Positions 1 to 7,169 of a stretch of DNA of 32,000 nucleotides are shown one piece after another. Made by a program: the position numbers and the translations under genes. The DNA is from Candidatus Saccharimonadota bacterium (GTDB taxonomy: Bacteria; Patescibacteriota; Saccharimonadia; Saccharimonadales; Saccharimonadaceae). The DNA lies in NCBI GenBank assembly GCA_001897305.1, contig MKSO01000001.1, positions 868,472 to 900,471 of the forward strand, given 5' to 3'. The notes beneath the pieces are model-generated. The model did no database searches. It had not been told where the DNA came from and saw only the letters and a program-made list of their open reading frames with translations. Each line of letters begins with the position of its first letter. Position 1 is the first letter of the stretch.

Positions 1-1415
1 AGACTGGCTTGAATACGGCCGCGGACGGTGCTACTCAGTTGAGTAACGGTTCGGCACAGCTGCAGTCGGGCATCCGTACCTACACCGGTGGTGTTGCTAA
101 GGTGCATAATGGCATAGAGCAGCTCTCAGCCGGGCTACCTACAGCGTCACAAATTGCACAACTTTCAGATGGGGTTAAAAGCGTACAGTCGGGCGTAAAT
201 GCCCTAAACAATGCCGTGTCTACACCTAGTGGAGCTTTGGTTGCTCAGCAAACACTCGTGCAAAGTGATGCGGCCGCTCTGCAAGCGGCACTTGTGAACT
301 ATCAAACAGCCGCCTCAAGCGCCCAACCAAGCTTGGCTGCCTTGCAAACGGCGCTAGCGGCAGGCACTTCAACAGTGACCGTCAATTCGAGCGATATATC
401 TGCAGCACTTCAGATAGTGAGTGCCTCGCAAACCATTACACAGAAGTCTGCGAGCCTACTCACAAACCTAAATACGCTCACTGCCATGCTCACTGCGCAG
501 CAGGCTACCCTGAAAAGTTCGGTAGCAACCCTTAATACCGGTGTCAACACGCTTACTCCCGGTCTCCTAAGTGCTGTCGATGGGTATACGACGCTGGCTT
601 CTGGCAGCTCGCAACTTCTGGCTGGTACGAACCAGCTGTCCGCTTCGTCAGCCGCGTTGAATGACGGTGCCACCCAGATCAGCGATGGATCGGCAAGGCT
701 TGCAAGCGCCCTAACAAGCGCCGCACAGCAGGTATCTGTTCAGCCGACAGGTGAGGCCACAGCCAAACAGCTCGCCCAACCAGTCGATACTCATCACAGC
801 GAAACCGCCCACGTGCCTAATTATGGCTACGCACTGTCGCCCTATGTTCTATCCCTCGGTCTTTACGTAGGTGCGTTGGTGTTTAACGTTATCTACCCGG
901 TACGTCGCTTATACGCAAACCCTCGAAACTCTCGTTCATGGTGGTACGCCAAAATGTCCGTTGCCTTTGCCGTGGCAATTGGTCAGGCGCTCGTGCTTGA
1001 TGCCATTATGGTGATAGGCCTTGGCCTCCACCCCGACCAGCCCGGCAAATTTATACTGCTGAGCATCGTTACGTCAATGACCTACATGTCAATTGTTTCA
1101 TTTCTAGCAATTGCGCTCGATAACATCGGCCGCTTCCTTGCCATGTTACTACTGGTATTACAGCTTAGCGCGGCCGGTGGCGTCTTCCCCATTCTCCTTT
1201 CATCTGGCTTCTTCCAGGCAGTGAACCCTTTGATGCCAATGACGTATTCAATTTATGGTTTCCGAGAAGCAATTTCCTCGGGTCTTGGTGCTGGGGTCTA
1301 TTGGTCTAGCCTACTTATACTCGTTGCGATTGGCGTGGTGGCCAACCTTATGCTTATTACTGCATTTCGCATCCATGGAAACCGACGCTTCCAGCATGAA
1401 AGCATAGATACCTAG
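1..1415 (+). CDS. YhgE/Pip-domain membrane protein, C-terminal part (5' end runs off the window)
   Basis: The frame is open from the window edge; the track 'M' at 9 is a TTG inside a continuing frame. A long Q/L/S/A/T-rich segment with recurring 'G..QL..G' units is followed by about 5 hydrophobic helices (YhgE/Pip, ABC-2-like C-terminal pattern). Confidence 0.7.
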   Translation, partial: TGLNTAADGATQLSNGSAQLQSGIRTYTGGVAKVHNGIEQLSAGLPTASQIAQLSDGVKSVQSGVNALNNAVSTPSGALVAQQTLVQSDAAALQAALVNYQTAASSAQPSLAALQTALAAGTSTVTVNSSDISAALQIVSASQTITQKSASLLTNLNTLTAMLTAQQATLKSSVATLNTGVNTLTPGLLSAVDGYTTLASGSSQLLAGTNQLSASSAALNDGATQISDGSARLASALTSAAQQVSVQPTGEATAKQLAQPVDTHHSETAHVPNYGYALSPYVLSLGLYVGALVFNVIYPVRRLYANPRNSRSWWYAKMSVAFAVAIGQALVLDAIMVIGLGLHPDQPGKFILLSIVTSMTYMSIVSFLAIALDNIGRFLAMLLLVLQLSAAGGVFPILLSSGFFQAVNPLMPMTYSIYGFREAISSGLGAGVYWSSLLILVAIGVVANLMLITAFRIHGNRRFQHESIDT

Positions 1416-1502
1416 TAAACGCATGGGTGCTGTGCTGACGATTGCTACGGCCAATGCTTCATGTTATACCCATTGTACTATGGCATACAGAACTAACTGC
1501 TA

Positions 1503-1850
1503 TTACTTCAGCAAATATTGCCGCAGCACTTCAGCTTCATTATTCGCACTATCCCGTGCGCCATATAGTAATGTTACCTTATCGTGCTTGCGCCAATTGC
1601 TAATGATTCCGGCAGCTTCGGGGTTCTGCTTTACTTCATCAATATACCGCTTGGTAAATGCCGCAAACTTGGCTGGGTCGTGCGCGAACCACTTGCGCAG
1701 GTCGGTGCTGGGTGCAATATCCTTAGCCCATTCGTCCAGTGCGGCTCGCTCCTTACTCACGCCGCGCGGCCACAGCCGGTCTACCAGCACGCGGTAGCCG
1801 TCATTCGGATTGGCTGGTTCATATATCCGTTTTATAACAAACTGGGTCAT
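1503..1850 (-). CDS. DUF488 family protein
   Basis: 115 aa with 'RVLVDRLWPRGVSKE' and 'W.KDIAPSTDLRKWF', typical DUF488 signatures. GGAGG lies upstream of the ATG. Confidence 0.8.
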   Translation of the reverse strand: MTQFVIKRIYEPANPNDGYRVLVDRLWPRGVSKERAALDEWAKDIAPSTDLRKWFAHDPAKFAAFTKRYIDEVKQNPEAAGIISNWRKHDKVTLLYGARDSANNEAEVLRQYLLK

Positions 1851-1865
1851 ACCTCTAGTTTCCTC

Positions 1866-2447
1866 CTACTTTTTCGATACATATGGATTATTTGTGACAT
1901 AAAACCGCCGCAGCTCATGCACAGCCTTTGAAATGCCAATGCGCTTGCCGGTAGTAACTGCGCTATCCGGCAGTGCCGGCTTTTTAATTAATTGCACAGG
2001 CGGCTCGGCTAAATCATGGCCGCTGTAGCGCCGATCGATATCCAGCGCCGCGCATATTTTACCCGGGCCATTGGTTACATTCACACCCGTCATGCCCCGC
2101 CGCGCTTCAATAGCCTCTATTCCCTCCAACGGCTCGACCGCCCGTATCAGCACGCCCGAGCCATACCCTTCCGGCCCGCACACCACATTGCAGCAATGGT
2201 GCATACCGTAGGTAAAGTATACATACATATGCCCGGCGCTTTTAAACATCGCGTCATTGCGTCCCGTCCGCCCATTGAATGTATGGCTGGCTTCGTCTCC
2301 TTGGTCGTACGCCTCTGTCTCCACAATCCGCACACGAATCTCCCTACCCCCAATTTCTCGCACCAGCTCACAACCCAGCAACCGCCGTGCCGCTACCTCG
2401 GCCGGCACATTGAGCCATGCAAAGTCATCTTTTCTCATTACTTTCAT
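1866..2447 (-). CDS. DNA-3-methyladenine glycosylase (Mpg/AAG family)
   Basis: Motifs 'RIVETEAY', 'DEASHTFNGRTGRN' and 'MYVYFTYGMHHCCNVV'. The start is ambiguous: ATG 2447 is chosen, ATG 2438 sits 7 nt after a TATAAT box (2446-2451), and the track start 2492 is less likely. Confidence 0.8.
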   Translation of the reverse strand: MKVMRKDDFAWLNVPAEVAARRLLGCELVREIGGREIRVRIVETEAYDQGDEASHTFNGRTGRNDAMFKSAGHMYVYFTYGMHHCCNVVCGPEGYGSGVLIRAVEPLEGIEAIEARRGMTGVNVTNGPGKICAALDIDRRYSGHDLAEPPVQLIKKPALPDSAVTTGKRIGISKAVHELRRFYVTNNPYVSKK

Positions 2448-2548
2448 TATACTCTGTGTAATGGATGCGTGGTGAAGGCAACCCAATCCCACTACAACCT
2501 AGAGGCTATACAGAATCTAAAAGATATCTCGTCATTTACTAACAAAGG

Positions 2549-2618
2549 GAATCCAGTAGCACTCATACTACTGGATTCTCTAAAATATAATTTTGGCTCA
2601 GCATACGAGTCACGGAAT
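2549..2618 (-). repeat. Junction repeat copy A3 (hairpin + tRNA-3'-end-like 25-mer)
   Basis: 11-bp stem GAATCCAGTAG/CTACTGGATTC (2549-2559 / 2568-2578), a spacer, then TGGCTCAGCATACGAGTCACGGAAT (2594-2618). It aligns with the copies at 4400-4476 and 5577-5646. Confidence 0.7.
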
Positions 2619-2777
2619 AATCACGGCGGGGGTGGGGCACGAGATGAGACAAATGAGACACGAAACACATATACTTGAAATGTCTCGTTTTTACGGATTT
2701 AATAGATTTTTACGAACATAATCCGCACTTAGATTAACTCTTCTTATAGAAAGGTTTGTTTAGATGACTTATGGTGA

Positions 2778-3281
2778 TTAACCCGCTCTGTCTGTTAGTT
2801 CGTCACGATGATCGGGGTTACGTCCGGCGTCAGCTAACATATCACGCCGTTTTTCTGTCTGTATCCAATGAGGCACGTCTACTACTCCCGAGTCCTCGAG
2901 AAGCAGCCCTTCAATAATCTCTTTCGCTTCAACTGCTACTTTCTTGTTTAAGCCTTTTATATTTAGTTCGTGAGCCGTATTTTTGCCAATGATTCGCAAG
3001 CCACCAAAAATTGGTGTGTTTACGTAAACAATCCGCCCTATATCTTTTACAGGCATGGTTTCTACATACGAAAACAAGAAATCATTATGGACAACCGAAA
3101 TGGTCTTTTCCTGAATAACTAACTCGTCAGGGAATATGTCAGTAATCCAATGGGCCTTTACCCTAAACAGTTCGCGGTTACGTTTTTTGGTTGAGGGTAG
3201 ATTGCTAGATTCAACCCTGCCGCTTTGTATCTGCGCGGGATACGGTGTTCTTCGACTGATTTTGTTCTGATCATCTACCAT
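2778..3281 (-). CDS. Hypothetical protein (167 aa)
   Basis: Intact ORF with GAGGG 8 nt upstream of the ATG. Its ATG overlaps the stop of the upstream ClpB-like ORF by 7 nt. No motif recognised. Confidence 0.55.
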   Translation of the reverse strand: MVDDQNKISRRTPYPAQIQSGRVESSNLPSTKKRNRELFRVKAHWITDIFPDELVIQEKTISVVHNDFLFSYVETMPVKDIGRIVYVNTPIFGGLRIIGKNTAHELNIKGLNKKVAVEAKEIIEGLLLEDSGVVDVPHWIQTEKRRDMLADAGRNPDHRDELTDRAG

Positions 3282-3718
3282 AAAGTTACCCTCTGCTTTG
3301 TATCAAAGCTGTATTTGTTATTGTCGTATTTAACAATTACCTCGCTTCCCTGTTTTATCGAACCATCAATGATGTTTTTTGCTAGTGCATTCAATTTGCG
3401 ATTTTGTATGACGCGTTTGAGCGGGCGAGCGCCAAATGCCAGGTCGTAACCTTCTGTTGCTAGCGCTTTTTTTGTGGAGTCGGCAAATTCCAGCCTAATG
3501 TTCTTTGATGCTTCAATGTGGCGAGCGAGGGCCGATAGCTGCACATCGACAATCTGTTGCATATCGTCCTGCTTGATGCGATCGAATATCACGATGTCGT
3601 CGATACGGTTCAAAAACTCAGGGTATAGCGAATATACATCATCATCGAGAGATACAATTGCATTGCCTTCGGCAATTATCGCGAGTCTGTAGTTACCCCA
3701 TTGAATCAATCTAATCAT
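3275..3718 (-). pseudogene. ClpA/ClpB C-terminal (D2 small domain) fragment, 147 aa; a remnant or a stand-alone domain protein
   Basis: 'YPEFLNRIDDIVIFDRI..DDMQQIV' and 'GYD..FGARPLKRVIQ' match the last ~130 aa of ClpB-type AAA+ chaperones. Walker A/B and the whole of NBD1/NBD2 are absent. Confidence 0.6.
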
Positions 3719-3846
3719 CTAACTCCATTATACCACCATCTTTGATCGAGGGGCGGGGCCGCCTATAGATCGGCACTTCAGGAAAATTGCCCCGCCTACG
3801 CTCTCGATATATGGCGAACACCCGTCAGATCTAACCCCTAGAAATG

Positions 3847-4272
3847 CTACTTCTTTTTTGATGCGATAGTAATTTTCTTTGGTTCAGGCAGTGGTGCGAG
3901 CGGAATACTGACCTTCAAAACGCCATCATCCAGGTGCGCTTCGATCTTGTCGGTATCAGCCTGCTTTGGCAGTGCAATTCGTCGATAGAAACTACTTGAG
4001 CTTTCACGCACCACGTACTGCTTACCCTTATCTTCCTCTTTTTCGTGACGTTCGGCACTAATCACGAGTGTACCGTTCTCCACTTCGATATTGACATCTT
4101 TCTGCTCAAAGTTAGGCAGATGCGCCTCAACCACAAGGTTATTATCTTTAGTAAAGACATCAGTCGTCGGAATGTTAACGCCTTTTAGGGGCGACATCCA
4201 GTCATCACCAAAGAATTGTTTTTGTAATGCAGAAAGTTCCGCAAAGGGATCCCACTTTACAAGATTGCTCAT
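3847..4272 (-). CDS. Hsp20/alpha-crystallin family small heat-shock protein
   Basis: 141 aa with alpha-crystallin core 'VVEAHLPNFEQKDVNIEVENGTLVISAER' and 'FYRRIALP...DGVLKVSIP'. AAAGGAG RBS; CIRCE operator upstream. Confidence 0.9.
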   Translation of the reverse strand: MSNLVKWDPFAELSALQKQFFGDDWMSPLKGVNIPTTDVFTKDNNLVVEAHLPNFEQKDVNIEVENGTLVISAERHEKEEDKGKQYVVRESSSSFYRRIALPKQADTDKIEAHLDDGVLKVSIPLAPLPEPKKITIASKKK

Positions 4273-4334
4273 AATTTTCTCCTTTCATCATTGCATTAAT
4301 GGTTTCCTGGAGAAGCATAGAAGCTTCTGAATTT

Positions 4335-4363
4335 AGTATAGAAAATTAGCACTTACATGTCAA
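4335..4363 (-). promoter_or_regulatory. Sigma-70-type promoter of the hsp20 gene
   Basis: The minus strand reads TTGACA (4363-4358), 17 nt, TATACT (4340-4335), about 60 nt upstream of the ATG at 4272. Confidence 0.6.
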
Positions 4364-4372
4364 GAGTGCTAA
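4346..4372 (-). promoter_or_regulatory. CIRCE element (HrcA operator)
   Basis: The plus strand reads TTAGCACTT-ACATGTCAA-GAGTGCTAA against the consensus TTAGCACTC-N9-GAGTGCTAA (1 mismatch). It overlaps the -35 box and spacer of the hsp20 promoter. Confidence 0.85.
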
Positions 4373-4399
4373 TTCAGATGATTTAGTTGTTATCAAAAT

Positions 4400-4476
4400 A
4401 CCCAGTAGCGTGAATGCTTACTGGGTACACTTTAAGATATGCGCTCTTGGCTCAACTTCGCGGTCTTGAACTTAAT
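4400..4476 (-). repeat. Junction repeat copy A1 (terminator-like hairpin + tRNA-3'-end-like 25-mer)
   Basis: Stem ACCCAGTA/TACTGGGT (4400-4407 / 4419-4426) with an 11-nt loop. TGGCTCAACTTCGCGGTCTTGAACT starts at 4448 and abuts the stop codon of the 4477-4995 gene. Confidence 0.75.
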
Positions 4477-4995
4477 TCACAAATTTTCAACGATAGCATC
4501 TGCTGCCTTATAGGGAGATAGGGCGGATGTGTCAATTTTAAGCGACTTTACAAAAGGAATAGAATAGATATCCATATCCTCTGTGATAGTTTTCATAATC
4601 TCTGGGTCTGTAAGCTTTTTATATCTCTTACGTGATTCATTACCAACGCGAGCAATTAAATCATCCCTATTAGCACTTAATTCAACAAAGAATATCTCTC
4701 CTTTATTGTCCTCAACCGTCTTTATGAATTCGCGGACATTATCGTCGTCGTCCGAACCCTCGTATACGTATGTAAATATAAGATCCGTGTCGTTCTTTGA
4801 GCAATAATCTAAAACATCAAATCGTATACGATCTACCAAGGCATAATTTTCTCTCAGTTTATCTTTATAAATATCCTTTACCAGGTCACGAGATAGATGG
4901 TTATGAAACAGGGGGATGCCAGTACGCTCAGCTAATTTCTCGGCTACCGTAAGCTTACCAGAGGCAGGCGGGCCATATATAAATATCAGTTTCAT
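4477..4995 (-). CDS. P-loop NTPase / small-molecule or nucleotide kinase-like protein (AAA_33-like)
   Basis: 172 aa with the N-terminal Walker A-like 'IYGPPASGKLTVAEKLA'. Size and layout are typical of small kinases. Confidence 0.6.
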   Translation of the reverse strand: MKLIFIYGPPASGKLTVAEKLAERTGIPLFHNHLSRDLVKDIYKDKLRENYALVDRIRFDVLDYCSKNDTDLIFTYVYEGSDDDDNVREFIKTVEDNKGEIFFVELSANRDDLIARVGNESRKRYKKLTDPEIMKTITEDMDIYSIPFVKSLKIDTSALSPYKAADAIVENL

Positions 4996-5244
4996 AATGA
5001 TAGCATATCATACATTCCGGTCTTGAACTTTAACTCATAGTTTCAGGGAAAGCACACAGGTCTAGAACCAAATCTAAAGAGGTGTCTATAAAAATCAGCT
5101 AGCTTCTTAAATCAACCGCTCAGCAAAAGACGCTCCCACTTAAATGGCCAGCACTTTTAACAGCGGTAAATTAAAGACCAGTCAGAAAGACTGGTCTCGA
5201 ACTATTCGGGTGTCTAGTTTGGCTCAGCAGGCCGGTCACGGACC
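4996..5244 (-). repeat. 249-bp spacer R1 with four GGTCNNGAAC-type motifs; includes junction repeat B1 (5175-5244)
   Basis: GGTCTTGAAC 5019-5028, GGTCTAGAAC 5059-5068, hairpin AGACCAGTC/GACTGGTCT (5175-5183 / 5189-5197), GGTCTCGAAC 5193-5202, TGGCTCAGCAGGCCGGTCACGGACC 5220-5244. Same length and same motif order as 6382-6630. Confidence 0.7.
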
Positions 5245-5559
5245 TTAAATAGACGCAGTTATATCACGAGAGCTCACGACCCTTTTCTTGACCGATCCAA
5301 CATATAGCCGATAAGCTGGTCTGTCTTCCTTCTTGTAATTAATGAGGTTACCTAAGATCCTGTTGCATACTGTACAAGTTAGTTCACTTCCATTCGGTCT
5401 ACTGTCAATAAAACGGTCTGTATACATCCGCTTTAAGACTCCCGGTCCATCTTTTTGATAAAACGTTATATGAGCATTACAGCCTTCACAGGTAATATCC
5501 AGGACCCGTGAGCGGCCGCCGCGCGACTTTTGATACTTATCAGTCTTAAACTTGTACAT
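5245..5559 (-). CDS. Zn-ribbon protein, function unknown (104 aa)
   Basis: Two CxxC pairs ('CEGC', 'CTVC'). The stop abuts repeat B1, and an extended -10 box lies 6 nt upstream of the ATG. Confidence 0.55.
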   Translation of the reverse strand: MYKFKTDKYQKSRGGRSRVLDITCEGCNAHITFYQKDGPGVLKRMYTDRFIDSRPNGSELTCTVCNRILGNLINYKKEDRPAYRLYVGSVKKRVVSSRDITASI

Positions 5560-5576
5560 ACTCTAACTATAGCAAA

Positions 5577-5646
5577 ATCCAGTAGCGTGAATGCTTACTG
5601 GATAACCTGTAAAATATATGCTCTTGGCTCAGCTTGCCGGTCTTGA
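5577..5646 (-). repeat. Junction repeat copy A2
   Basis: Stem ATCCAGTA/TACTGGAT (5577-5584 / 5596-5603) with the same loop as A1 and one compensatory base-pair change. TGGCTCAGCTTGCCGGTCTTGA (5625-5646) abuts the stop of the EEP gene. Confidence 0.75.
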
Positions 5647-6381
5647 TTATTTAACTTCGAAATCGAGCACCAACCCCTGGTGGTCGGATGCTACAACTTC
5701 TGAGGCATAGAAATCATTCACCGCGACCTTGTCATTCACAAAGATAAAGTCGCAGGGCTCGCTTTTATGCGTCAGGTCGGTACGTGTCGTTTGTAAACCG
5801 TACTCTTTCGTCAGATTACGGAAATCTTTGTTCAGAATCTCTATCGATTCGCTATCCGGGAGAAGATTGAAGTCGCCCGTAATAATCACCGGGCCATCGA
5901 GTTGCCTTGCGTAATCAGCTATCTGTTGACACGCCTTCATGGTGAAATCATTGCCGTTCTTATGACCTGGAACATGATAGCCGTGGTGATTGATAATATG
6001 AATCTGTCGTCCATCTTGGTCCTTAATGGTAACGTGCTGAAAATTCCGTACATTGTAGTCATCATTTTCAAGCGACATGCTTGGATTGTATTCGAGGTTT
6101 GTGAAATAAGTCTGCTTATCCTCAAGCGCAAGATTACTCACAATCGCATTACCAAACTCAGGTTTGCTTGTCATCAGTTGAATTGCGTAGACCGGCGAGT
6201 GGTATCTATGATGAAAACGTAGATTATCCGCAAGTTCAGTTAAAGTGGGGAAGAAACCTAAGTCGGCAACAGACTCAAATACCTCTTGTAACGCGATTAT
6301 GTCCGGAGCCTCTTTCATCACCATATCTTCAATACGAGTCGCAAGGCGAATTGTCCACGCATTCAATTGTAGTAATCTCAT
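5647..6381 (-). CDS. Endonuclease/exonuclease/phosphatase (EEP) family protein
   Basis: 244 aa with 'DIIALQEV', 'GNAIVS', 'ITGDFN' and 'SDHQGL', the EEP catalytic motif set. Confidence 0.8.
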   Translation of the reverse strand: MRLLQLNAWTIRLATRIEDMVMKEAPDIIALQEVFESVADLGFFPTLTELADNLRFHHRYHSPVYAIQLMTSKPEFGNAIVSNLALEDKQTYFTNLEYNPSMSLENDDYNVRNFQHVTIKDQDGRQIHIINHHGYHVPGHKNGNDFTMKACQQIADYARQLDGPVIITGDFNLLPDSESIEILNKDFRNLTKEYGLQTTRTDLTHKSEPCDFIFVNDKVAVNDFYASEVVASDHQGLVLDFEVK

Positions 6382-6630
6382 GTTATGAGTATAGCAGGGT
6401 TGCGGTCTCGAACATTATCGCAAATTTTAGATAGGGGCATACCGGTCTAGAACTATTTTTCCAGAGGTCGCTATGAGTTCCTAACTGCCATCATGTATTT
6501 AGTAGTTTAGATAAAATACCTTGATCTGGGTAGCTGACGCCTTTATCAGAGGTAAAGCAAAGACCAGCCACAAGGACTGGTCTCGCACTATTTGGGTGTC
6601 TAGTCTGGCTCCGCTTACAGGTCACGAACT
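6382..6630 (-). repeat. 249-bp spacer R2, paralogue of R1; includes junction repeat B2 (6561-6630)
   Basis: GGTCTCGAAC 6404-6413, GGTCTAGAAC 6444-6453, hairpin AGACCAG../..CTGGTCT (6561-6583), GGTCTCGCAC 6579-6588, TGGCTCCGCTTACAGGTCACGAACT 6606-6630. Confidence 0.7.
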
Positions 6631-6710
6631 CTTTAACAGGGGTAGAACGCTACAAATCGGACACGGCGTGTATAGAATTAGACTGCGGCAACAATAAGCC
6701 GCAAGGAGGT

Positions 6711-7169
6711 ATGGTTATGAGCGAAAACGAGCATTTAAAGCGCGAATTTACGGATGAAGAGCGCCGTAGGTTAGTCGACTACTTTAACTTACTAATTGAG
6801 ATAGATCAACGAGAAAAAGCACGATATGCCAAACTCAAAGATTTCCCGAAAGGATTTGCTATGGACGGCGAAGGTCGAGAGTGTGGACTATGTTTCAGGC
6901 CTGTATATGATATTGCTGGCTGGTTCGATAAATGGGGCTTTAAATGCTCTAATTGCCAGGATGCAGTGAACAAGCGAAAAATACCAGGATCTTTGTGTAG
7001 CGATTATCGACACGAGAAGTCTATTCCCGATACGATGCTTGCTTCAAAGCTTAATATAAGCGTGCGAACGATTCGCAAGCAGATTCATGAAGGAAAGATA
7101 ATTGGGCGAAGAATTCCGAATGGGCCATACATGATTCTACGGAAGGACAATCCTAATCTTCAGCGTTAA
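6711..7169 (+). CDS. Zn-ribbon + C-terminal excisionase/MerR-type HTH DNA-binding protein
   Basis: AAGGAGG RBS. CxxC-x18-CxxC ('CGLC...CSNC'). C-terminal 'LNISVRTIRKQIHEGKIIGRRIPNGPYMI' resembles excisionase-family HTH_17. Confidence 0.6.
   Translation: MVMSENEHLKREFTDEERRRLVDYFNLLIEIDQREKARYAKLKDFPKGFAMDGEGRECGLCFRPVYDIAGWFDKWGFKCSNCQDAVNKRKIPGSLCSDYRHEKSIPDTMLASKLNISVRTIRKQIHEGKIIGRRIPNGPYMILRKDNPNLQR

Noticed and set aside
9-780. Apparent periodicity in the first 780 nt
   Set aside because: It reflects protein-level degenerate repeats of the YhgE/Pip coiled region ('G..QL..G'), not a DNA tandem repeat. The nucleotide units are not conserved.
1423-2678. Plus-strand ORFs 1423-1797, 1584-1931, 2016-2678 and 2257-2475, and minus-strand ORF 2147-2371
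   Set aside because: The plus-strand ORFs run antisense to, and the minus-strand ORF is out of frame within, the well-supported DUF488 and Mpg genes. Their products are low-complexity R/P/S/C-rich peptides without motifs, typical shadow ORFs.
2619-2777. 160-bp non-coding stretch with a G-run (GGCGGGGGTGGGG ~2626-2638), a duplicated ATGAGACA, a GAGACA...TGTCTC hairpin and a duplicated TTTTTACG(G/A)A
   Set aside because: These are real sequence features. The stems are short with a 20-nt loop, the G-tracts are too few for a confident G-quadruplex, and I cannot tie them to a function. The stretch may be a degraded part of a junction spacer like R1/R2.
4400-6630. Integron gene-cassette array with attC sites
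   Set aside because: The mostly single-gene, same-strand layout is cassette-like. However, the junction repeats lack the paired inverse-core/core (RYYYAAC ... GTTRRRY) imperfect palindrome of attC. The GGTCNNGAAC motifs occur only as direct repeats, and no intI-type tyrosine integrase or attI is present. The resemblance to a tRNA 3' end explains them better.
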